Positions 16,475-23,516 of a stretch of 33,567 bases of DNA are shown here, one piece after another. Every line of letters begins with the position of its first letter. Positions within the stretch are counted from its first letter, which is position 1. This stretch comes from a virus (taxonomy: Duplodnaviria; Caudoviricetes): positions 1-33,567 of IMG/VR virus record IMGVR_UViG_3300036982_000208. One strand, 5' to 3'. Both the position numbers and the translations under genes were made by a program. A model generated the notes under the pieces. That model was not told where the DNA came from, did not search any database, and saw nothing but the letters and a program-made list of their open reading frames with translations.

Positions 16475-17207
16475 TGACTTTTGTGTAGCCGGGGCCGAAG
16501 TATCGATTAAATGTTACATCCAACTCAACAAAGTTTCCAAAATTACGTTGTGCAACAACTTTAATTTGTGGCTTAAACAATCTGAATTGTTTAGAAAAAT
16601 AGCCGTCTAAACTTTGACCTATATTTGGGTAATTATAATAATCATAATAGTTATTCACAACCGATGATTTTGTAAATGTAATCGGTTCTGGCCCTGTTCC
16701 GTCATCGTAATATACTGCATTAGGTTCAGTAAGAGGTGAATCGAACAGATCTTTGTCTCTAAAATTTATAATTTCACCTACAGGCACAACAAATTGAAAA
16801 AACAAATCATTGAGAGATATACGCAGGTTGGTAGTGTCAACAATAAACCCGTTCTGAGAGCCTAGTAAGAAAGTGGTATCGTATCCGTAAATCTCTTTCT
16901 CTATCACTGTCGGAGGCGGTACATCAGTTCTTGTCCTGCCGTAGTAAGAGGCCATCAATTCAGTGATGCCGTATTCTTTCCTGACCTCTTGCGGTTCTGG
17001 GTAAAGGTATAACCCATCGACTGCTGGGTATGTGTCATTATATATCCCTGTGCCGACTTGAAAATATTGGCTTCTTACCGATTGGATTTGTGATGTTTTT
17101 ACCGCATAGGTATTATCAACACGAACCAGCCCACTGGTAAACGTGTTTACCGTTCTGCCGGGTAATTCGAAAACATCCCCGCCATCTTTTGTGTATAAAG
17201 TACTCAT
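16467..17207 (-). CDS. Putative distal tail/tip protein, 246 aa
   Basis: ATGA overlap with the tape measure; beta-rich; AT-rich 3' half. Confidence 0.7.
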   Translation of the reverse strand: MSTLYTKDGGDVFELPGRTVNTFTSGLVRVDNTYAVKTSQIQSVRSQYFQVGTGIYNDTYPAVDGLYLYPEPQEVRKEYGITELMASYYGRTRTDVPPPTVIEKEIYGYDTTFLLGSQNGFIVDTTNLRISLNDLFFQFVVPVGEIINFRDKDLFDSPLTEPNAVYYDDGTGPEPITFTKSSVVNNYYDYYNYPNIGQSLDGYFSKQFRLFKPQIKVVAQRNFGNFVELDVTFNRYFGPGYTKVNA

Positions 17208-19363
17208 ATTCCTAGTGCCACCTGTGGAAGTTTTGGTTCGATTTTTGCAACGAGGTCACGGATCGCTTCGACGATGCCTTCAAGTTTGCCTCCTGGCACA
17301 TCACCGTTCTTAGGGCCGCCCGGTGGGCCAGGTTGACCGTTGCCACCCGGTGGATTGATCATTGGATTATTTTCTAGCGCATCTCTGACAGCCTGTTCTG
17401 TCGTTTTGCGATTCCAGCGGTTGCGGCCCTTGGTGTCGATGTTGAGTCTCTTCGCCATATCGCGCACGCTAGTATTGATCTTGCTTGGCTTATCTCCAGT
17501 CACCGTGTCGAACATGTCTTGCAGTTTGATGTCCTCCTCGCGACCAGCAAGAAGTCGTGCCTGTTTACTTGCAGTGATGAAATTATCTTCGCCCATTGCC
17601 GCATCAAATCGGCTTTTGATTGCTCCGCCCGGGTCGAGTCTTTGCCCTTCCTTCCCTTTTTTAATGTCAGCATTCATCTGCTGCGATGCGGTGAGCTGTT
17701 CTTTTTTCTGAGCAGTGATTTGCTGCTCAATGGAGAGATTGTTTTGCAAGCTATTACCCTGTGCCTGACTGGCTGCTGTCATGGCCTCGGACGTTGTCTT
17801 GCCCTCTTTTAATGATCTTTCAAAAGTTGTGTAGTAGAGCTTTTGTTGCTCCAGTTCTTTGACTAGCTGGGTGTTGCCTTCAGACCTTGCCTGAGAGATG
17901 TCAGCTTCAAACTCCTTGATCTTTTCTGCATTGCTCGCACGCTCACCGCCGCCTTTTATCTGCAACGATAAAGCGATTTCATCCATGTTGATTTTTTTTA
18001 TCGCCTCTTCATTCTGAGCTTTCAGCAACCTGAGCTTCTCAGTTTGGAGTTCGTTCTCCATTGCGACCGTATCGACGAGCTTGCCTGCTTTTCCAACCGC
18101 ATCATCATATGCTTCGCGCATAGGTTCCATCGCGGCTTTTGTGTTTTGTGCCATATCGGCAAGCCCATTTCTTACTGTTCTGAAATAATTTTCAGCAGCA
18201 CTTTCATCGGCTTTTCCAAGTATCGACATTTCTGCCGATGCATCATTAAGCCCAATGGCTGATAACAATTCTGCCAAGATTTTTTTGATGCCTGCGGATG
18301 CCTTGCTTAATACCCCGTCAACAATCGACATCAACACGGTCAAAATGCCAGAGCCTTCCACTAGCACAGGGATCGCAGCCATTGCGCCACGGATAGCTGC
18401 ATAGATGGAATTGATTGAGTCGGCAATCTGCAACTTGATACTGCTGAAGACTAGGTTGAACGCATTGCCAAACTCGCCCATGTTCACCGCCTGGAGTGCG
18501 GCCGCAAAGCCTTCCATGGCATTCGAGCCGCCGGTCAGCACCTCACCGAGCCGCATGCCGATCGCCGCGGTGTCGATGCGGGATAGCAGGCTGGTCACCA
18601 GCTCGATCGCCGGAGCCATCCGATCCATCAGACCAGCGGCGAACTCAATGAACTTGCCTTTGATGACGGTGATGTTGTCCGAGATGTTGTCGAATATTTC
18701 TGCCGACCGAGTCATCACCTCGGGCATGCTGCCAAGCTGTGATTTTGCCACATCGATCTCATCGCTGAGATTTAGTAGCACCGGCAGCAAAGCGCCACCG
18801 CTTTTGCCAAAGATGCCCATGGCTAAAGCTGCACGTTGTGCTGGGTCATCGACATCCTTGAGTCTTTCCGAGATCATCTTGAGTTGCTCGACCGGAGCCT
18901 TGCCCTTCAAATCATCGAAGCTCAGACCAAGTTTTTTTAATGCCTCGACATTCTTCTCGCTGCCATCGGCTGCATCGATCATGAATTTCTGCAGCTTGTT
19001 GACCGCTGGCCCGACTGCCTCAGCCGACGATCCAGCATTTTGGAATGCTCGTTGTAATACCATCAGGTTCCCAGATGTCTCGCCTGTCCGATCACTCAAA
19101 TCCTTCAGCTCGCCGCCCATGTCGAGCGCACGTCCAAAGTCTGCCAAACTGCCAGCGATGGCATTGCCAGCGAGGTTCAACGCACCGAATCCAACAGCGA
19201 GCGCAGCGCCTGCTTTGACCATCGAGCCAAAAGATGCACCGACCGACTTCGATACTTTTTTAACGGTATCGTCGATCGTCTCTGTCGACTTGTTGACCTT
19301 CTTTACGGTTTCCGTAAAGCTGACATCCTTCGCTGAGAACCCGACTGTTATGTTATTGCTCAT
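17204..19363 (-). CDS. Tail tape measure protein, 719 aa
   Basis: Long helical Ala/Gly/Leu protein with ALAMGIFGKSGGALLPVL; follows the frameshifted chaperone. Confidence 0.92.
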   Translation of the reverse strand: MSNNITVGFSAKDVSFTETVKKVNKSTETIDDTVKKVSKSVGASFGSMVKAGAALAVGFGALNLAGNAIAGSLADFGRALDMGGELKDLSDRTGETSGNLMVLQRAFQNAGSSAEAVGPAVNKLQKFMIDAADGSEKNVEALKKLGLSFDDLKGKAPVEQLKMISERLKDVDDPAQRAALAMGIFGKSGGALLPVLLNLSDEIDVAKSQLGSMPEVMTRSAEIFDNISDNITVIKGKFIEFAAGLMDRMAPAIELVTSLLSRIDTAAIGMRLGEVLTGGSNAMEGFAAALQAVNMGEFGNAFNLVFSSIKLQIADSINSIYAAIRGAMAAIPVLVEGSGILTVLMSIVDGVLSKASAGIKKILAELLSAIGLNDASAEMSILGKADESAAENYFRTVRNGLADMAQNTKAAMEPMREAYDDAVGKAGKLVDTVAMENELQTEKLRLLKAQNEEAIKKINMDEIALSLQIKGGGERASNAEKIKEFEADISQARSEGNTQLVKELEQQKLYYTTFERSLKEGKTTSEAMTAASQAQGNSLQNNLSIEQQITAQKKEQLTASQQMNADIKKGKEGQRLDPGGAIKSRFDAAMGEDNFITASKQARLLAGREEDIKLQDMFDTVTGDKPSKINTSVRDMAKRLNIDTKGRNRWNRKTTEQAVRDALENNPMINPPGGNGQPGPPGGPKNGDVPGGKLEGIVEAIRDLVAKIEPKLPQVALGI

Positions 19364-19584
19364 CCTAGAAATTTGAATGCGTCTTCAATAATGCGCAGCG
19401 AGTCAAACGATGGTGAATTATTTACATACGTCCGGTGGATGCCTTTGGAATAAAGGTCGCAGTCGATGATCTGCAGTCCAGCGGATATAGGCAACTCTTC
19501 CATGATCTCGGTGTAGCCCCAACCGGTCACGGATGCTATGTGCCAGACATAGCTCGCGATCCAGTTGGGTGTGGCTAGTTTTTT
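19360..19584 (-). CDS. Tail assembly chaperone C-terminal extension (gpGT-like, -1 frame)
   Basis: After A AAA AAC the -1 frame reads KLATPNWIASYVWHIASVTGWGYTEIMEELP...FKFLG*, with the stop overlapping the tape measure ATG. Confidence 0.85.
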   Translation of the reverse strand, partial: KKLATPNWIASYVWHIASVTGWGYTEIMEELPISAGLQIIDCDLYSKGIHRTYVNNSPSFDSLRIIEDAFKFLG

Positions 19585-19967
19585 GACTCGGGCGATTTAG
19601 TGCTTGGGTTGAGCGCCGTCGAGGATGCCGCCAGATAGGTGTTCATGGATTGATTCATGATCTCGACATACTGATTCAACCCGGTGTGATACGGCACATG
19701 TTTCTCGATCCAGTCGTCAACGGCGTTGAGGAATTCAGTCTTGTTGTTCACTACCGAGCGGATCGTCTCCTTGTCCTCGCTGTGCAGGTAAACGAACGCT
19801 GCGGTCTTGGATGTCGGGTCGCCGAAGTCGTCGTCGAATACATGGTTGCGTTGTAGCCATGACAAGCTAAGCCCGGTCATCGGGCGCAGGACAAACTTGC
19901 CCTTCTTCTTTTTGCCGTCGGTCATGCCGTCATGTCTCAATGCTTCATCGTCTGTTAGTTCATTCAT
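19575..19967 (-). CDS. Tail assembly chaperone (gpG-like), 130 aa
   Basis: Between tail tube and tape measure; ends TCA AAA AAC TAG slippery site. Confidence 0.85.
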   Translation of the reverse strand: MNELTDDEALRHDGMTDGKKKKGKFVLRPMTGLSLSWLQRNHVFDDDFGDPTSKTAAFVYLHSEDKETIRSVVNNKTEFLNAVDDWIEKHVPYHTGLNQYVEIMNQSMNTYLAASSTALNPSTKSPESKN

Positions 19968-19978
19968 ATTTGTAGTGG

Positions 19979-20365
19979 TTAGATTAATTTGGAAATAGCG
20001 AGCTTGGTGGCATCGCTAGCGTTTTCCGAGACAGCGACCTGCCGCCCGTTCACATCGATGACCACCATCTTCGGTGTGGCTTTGATGTCGGTGATCAACT
20101 CATCACGGTTGGCAGCGTATGCTCGCAGGTAGTTGATGACGTTCTCTGGGTCTTTCTGAGCCAGTGCATCAGCCCCAGTCGTCATGCCCTTCAGCACCGC
20201 CTCAGCGGATAGTCCTGCTGCGTTAGCAGGCTCAAACCAGTATGTGGTCGAGTCCTTTCCGTCACGCCTCACCATGCATGTAAATGCCACCTTTTTAAAC
20301 CCGAGCGTCAGCAGTGCCGTCGCGGTCTTGAGGTTGGATGTATAGAATAATTTCTGCGGAGTCAT
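19979..20365 (-). CDS. Hypothetical protein, 128 aa (DUF5659-like N-terminus)
   Basis: FYTSNLKTATALLTLGF motif; family assignment tentative. Confidence 0.65.
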   Translation of the reverse strand: MTPQKLFYTSNLKTATALLTLGFKKVAFTCMVRRDGKDSTTYWFEPANAAGLSAEAVLKGMTTGADALAQKDPENVINYLRAYAANRDELITDIKATPKMVVIDVNGRQVAVSENASDATKLAISKLI

Positions 20366-20413
20366 ATTTGTTTGCCCTCAATTTTATGCCGGAGGGCGAA
20401 CGGCAAGTTAAGA

Positions 20414-20785
20414 TTAAACGGTCATCGTCGATGCGTATTGTGTCGCGCTGATCGAAACCTTTTTGAACTCACCTTGGCTGCTCGACTCGTTGACTGAGTC
20501 CACGATGATCGTGCCGCCGCTGAGACCGCCTGTGTTGGTGACATTGGAAAGGGTTAGCAATGCGGCCACATTGTAAGCGACCGAGCCATTGACAAATCCT
20601 TCGAGTGAGATTGCTGCTGTCAGACCGGAATGGGCCACAGCGACAATATCGTTGACGGCATCGCGGACTTCGGTTTTCACCGATGTCACGTTGCGTGAGA
20701 AACTGGTGAGAATGAGATCCGACTCGTTGACGATACCGTACTCGAGATCGCTCGCGGCTGCGCTTTTGTATACTGTTGCTGGCAT
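20414..20785 (-). CDS. Major tail tube protein, 123 aa
   Basis: Beta-rich, ..VDSVNESSSQGEFKKVSISATQY; position after terminator gene. Confidence 0.75.
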   Translation of the reverse strand: MPATVYKSAAASDLEYGIVNESDLILTSFSRNVTSVKTEVRDAVNDIVAVAHSGLTAAISLEGFVNGSVAYNVAALLTLSNVTNTGGLSGGTIIVDSVNESSSQGEFKKVSISATQYASTMTV

Positions 20786-20820
20786 AATGGTTGGTGTTCT
20801 CCATTTGCCCTGATGTCAAA

Positions 20821-21249
20821 TCACGGCTGATCGATCTGCGGCTGCACGTCGAATCTCGTGCAGAGAGTTTCGATGCTGAATAAAACTTCGAGGATACTCT
20901 CGTCCCACTCTTGAGTGCTGCCCGAGTACGTCCACGAGTAGACTTTGACTAGGTCACTGGTCGCTGCCTTCATGAAGCTGACATCGGTGAGGATCGTTTC
21001 GATCTGATCAATCCATGCATCGATGTCCTCGTCGTCGCCAGCATGGACGCGCAGGGTTGCGGTCAACTCGATCCGCTCGACGTTCTGCAATGCCTCGCTG
21101 TGCGCGGTGGCGCTGGTCACATCGACCGCGATCAACGGCAGTGCTAGCTCGCCGCGTTGCTTGGCATCGACGATCACGATTGATTCGTCCGGCTTGCTCG
21201 CTTCCAGCACGGCGATCAGGGAAATTTTAATGCGTTGAGAGGTGGTCAT
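20821..21249 (-). CDS. Putative tail terminator protein, 142 aa
   Basis: Acidic, LPLIAVD motif; directly upstream of the tail tube. Confidence 0.65.
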   Translation of the reverse strand: MTTSQRIKISLIAVLEASKPDESIVIVDAKQRGELALPLIAVDVTSATAHSEALQNVERIELTATLRVHAGDDEDIDAWIDQIETILTDVSFMKAATSDLVKVYSWTYSGSTQEWDESILEVLFSIETLCTRFDVQPQIDQP

Positions 21250-21938
21250 TTAAGTTGCCGGTTGGCTTTCTCGATGGTTTTTGCAGTTGTGATAGTCATC
21301 CATTTCATTCCGTTTATCATACCGTCGGCTGCAGCTTTTGCTACGTCCGCAGTGTACTGGATTTTTTTAATGTAGGTTGTTTCGTTGGAAATATGCACTG
21401 CTGTTTTCATGCCTTTCCCAGATACCGTGTGGCTGCCTTTTGCACCGTTTAAATGGCGCTTAATGATGCCATTAACTCCGCTCATCTTTGGCTTGCCTAG
21501 GTCGTTGGCGATCTTCACCCACGCTGCTTTTGCACGTCCTATTTTTGCCACTGCGAGTTTTTTATAGGTGTCTCGATCAGATACAGAAATGAGGTTGAGC
21601 CACGGCTTGCCTTTTTCCTTGCGAAATAATCTCTTAGCAACTACCCCATTTTTCCTTGCTCCATAGTGAGCGTCTTTCATGTTATTCGTCGCCGGGAATG
21701 CCCCAAGGTTGGTTCCGAACCATGCCCGATCAACCTGAGCTGCCACGCTTTTTTGAAACTTTCCCATATGTCCTTCGATGCCGTATGGCTGCACCGTTAT
21801 GGCAAGGCGCTTGCATGATGACTTGGCGATCCGTTTCATGCCCTCCTCGGCAGTCTTGCCAGTGGCAGCCTCAAACTCAGCAATCGTGCGCTCGAAATGA
21901 GCGATGATCGCTTTGTTGGTTTTGATGTGCATCTCCAC
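21246..21938 (-). CDS. Putative neck/tail completion protein, 230 aa
   Basis: Basic; IGRAKAAW and ISNETTYI resemble HK97 gp10-like morphogenesis proteins; GTG start 13 nt after TTGACT. Confidence 0.65.
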   Translation of the reverse strand: MEMHIKTNKAIIAHFERTIAEFEAATGKTAEEGMKRIAKSSCKRLAITVQPYGIEGHMGKFQKSVAAQVDRAWFGTNLGAFPATNNMKDAHYGARKNGVVAKRLFRKEKGKPWLNLISVSDRDTYKKLAVAKIGRAKAAWVKIANDLGKPKMSGVNGIIKRHLNGAKGSHTVSGKGMKTAVHISNETTYIKKIQYTADVAKAAADGMINGMKWMTITTAKTIEKANRQLK

Positions 21939-21960
21939 GCTTTATGCGCGGAGTCAAACC

Positions 21961-22485
21961 TCACGCAGCCTTGCGCCGGTTGAGGCGTGGGCATTGCGGA
22001 ACCCAGCGCAGCACATCATCGGTGCGGCCAGCGACGTAGCGAGCGCGTGGGTTGCGGACAATCGATCCTTCACCGCCTGCGGTCACGATCTCGTCGGCAT
22101 GCTCGATGAGGTGTTGGGTGTCGGTGCAGCGAACTTGTTTGACGATGCCAACGTGAGCCGGAAGATCGATGGTTAGCAGTTGCTTGTAGCGAGCGCGAAA
22201 TGGTGCGGCGCTCGGTGCGTCGAACGCTTGGAATGTCAGACCGTGCCAGCCTGCAGCCATGAGCGTCTGGATCGCGTTGAAGTTGCCGCGACCAGCAAAC
22301 AACTCACCGTCGAGTGCGATGGCTGGCATGCCAGCTTTAAACCATGTTGGAGCGGATAGGACGTTGCCTTCGCGAGTGATGAACTCAGCACCGTCCCAGA
22401 TGACGCGCCATCCGTCCAACTTCTCCGACATCATCCATCCGTCAACCGATTGGCCTTGGTAGTCGCGGAGAAGAGTTACTTGCAT
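21961..22485 (-). CDS. ATP-dependent DNA ligase adenylation domain only (no OB fold), 174 aa
   Basis: SEKLDGWR, LDGELF, FQAFD and GGEGSIVR motifs; start set at ATG 22485. Confidence 0.85.
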   Translation of the reverse strand: MQVTLLRDYQGQSVDGWMMSEKLDGWRVIWDGAEFITREGNVLSAPTWFKAGMPAIALDGELFAGRGNFNAIQTLMAAGWHGLTFQAFDAPSAAPFRARYKQLLTIDLPAHVGIVKQVRCTDTQHLIEHADEIVTAGGEGSIVRNPRARYVAGRTDDVLRWVPQCPRLNRRKAA

Positions 22486-22490
22486 GTCCC

Positions 22491-22519
22491 TTTCTAGGCG
22501 TTGCCTACTGACTTGTAAA
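22491..22519 (-). promoter_or_regulatory. sigma70-like leaderless promoter with TAGGCGTTGCCTA palindrome
   Basis: TTTACA-17nt-TAGAAA, 5 nt before ATG; palindrome at 22495-22507; A8 tract upstream. Confidence 0.6.
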
Positions 22520-22528
22520 GACTTTTTT

Positions 22529-22846
22529 TTAACGAGAATCACCGGCGCTCGCCAGCGTGAACGTAATCGCCACGTTGCCGACCGCGACCTCGGCCACGCG
22601 GAATGCATCGCCGTCGATTGTGCAGCGTTTCTGGAGCAGCGCGTTCGGCGTGGTGACTGCCCCTGGCTGCGCGACCACGGTGGCTTGCAGGTCGCTCTCC
22701 AGTCCACCCAGTGCGCCCTCGTAGCTTTTGCGAGCATCGTTGAATACTACCGAGAACGTCTGACCGGCGCAGACCATCGTGCGTGTGCCGATCAGGTCGT
22801 CTGTCTCAGTGTGTCCTCCATTCAAAAAGTCATCAATGCCGCTCAT
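22529..22846 (-). CDS. Head-tail joining protein (lambda gpFII-like), 105 aa
   Basis: Size, position and RCTIDGDAFRVAEV...ITFTL beta pattern. Confidence 0.7.
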   Translation of the reverse strand: MSGIDDFLNGGHTETDDLIGTRTMVCAGQTFSVVFNDARKSYEGALGGLESDLQATVVAQPGAVTTPNALLQKRCTIDGDAFRVAEVAVGNVAITFTLASAGDSR

Positions 22847-22861
22847 GCCCTAGGCACGATG

Positions 22862-23428
22862 TCAATTCGGCTCGGGTGCTGCAGTGGTCGCTGCGTTGTG
22901 CTGATAGAAGTGCAAAACTTCTGGGATATGAACCGTTGTCTCCGCCATCCGCCGAGCTTGCTGACACCAGATCAAGTCCTCGCCGTAGTTTGTCTCACCA
23001 AACTGGCAGTGAGCGATGCGGCTGCGCCTCCATGCATTGACGTGCCATGCATCGCGCTTGGTGATGCCGCCCGGCTGGTAAGCATGGTCGCCCTGCCCGA
23101 GTTGGAAATTCACCATGCTGTGCTGGCCGTTGTAGGTCGCGCCCTGCAAGAACGTGATCACGTCCGGTGAATGGCCAGAAGCTGCCTTTATCAACTCCTC
23201 GACGTAGGTGTCGGCGATGTCATCATCATCATCGACAAAAGCAATGTATTGCCCACGAGCCATGTTAAGCAGCGCCTGCCGCTTCGCGCCGATCGATCGC
23301 TTGCGGTTGTCACTCAGGATCAGATGCTCGACGGGGCGATTGCCGATCTGCTCCTCGATGCTTGCTTGCAGCGATTTCATTTGTTTCTCGCGCCCGGGTA
23401 TCGTCGGTGTTAGTATTGACAGGATCAT
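22862..23428 (-). CDS. Glycosyltransferase family 2, 188 aa
   Basis: LSILTPTIPGR, SIGAKRQALL, GQYIAFVDDDD and GEDLIW motifs. Confidence 0.9.
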   Translation of the reverse strand: MILSILTPTIPGREKQMKSLQASIEEQIGNRPVEHLILSDNRKRSIGAKRQALLNMARGQYIAFVDDDDDIADTYVEELIKAASGHSPDVITFLQGATYNGQHSMVNFQLGQGDHAYQPGGITKRDAWHVNAWRRSRIAHCQFGETNYGEDLIWCQQARRMAETTVHIPEVLHFYQHNAATTAAPEPN

Positions 23429-23516
23429 TTGTTTTTTTTCTAAAGATTGCGTCGTAGTTGTTCCAGTAGGTTTTTTTATTTACTGGTCGCGGAGTGTCAC
23501 CTTTGCCGGCACTCAT
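23310..23516 (-). CDS. Small hypothetical peptide MSAGKGDTPRPV...NYDAIFRKK
   Basis: ATG 23516 overlaps the upstream stop; only the first ~30 codons look meaningful, the rest overlaps the GT2 gene out of frame. Confidence 0.55.
   Translation of the reverse strand: MSAGKGDTPRPVNKKTYWNNYDAIFRKKTNDPVNTNTDDTRARETNEIAASKHRGADRQSPRRASDPE

Noticed and set aside
12513-17207. Diversity-generating retroelement or invertible tail cassette
   Set aside because: No reverse transcriptase, invertase or template/variable repeat pair seen.
18405-19376. 323-aa and other plus-strand ORFs
   Set aside because: Antisense shadows of GC-rich minus-strand genes, with no motifs or expression signals.
20366-20413. Alternative hairpins after the tail tube gene (TGCCG/CGGCA versus GCCCTC/GAGGGGC)
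   Set aside because: Stems are short and there is no U-tract; insufficient support for a terminator or switch.
22486-22737. N-terminal extension of the ligase ORF (258 aa in the track)
   Set aside because: It overlaps the FII-like gene and the promoter; ligase motifs begin at ATG 22485.
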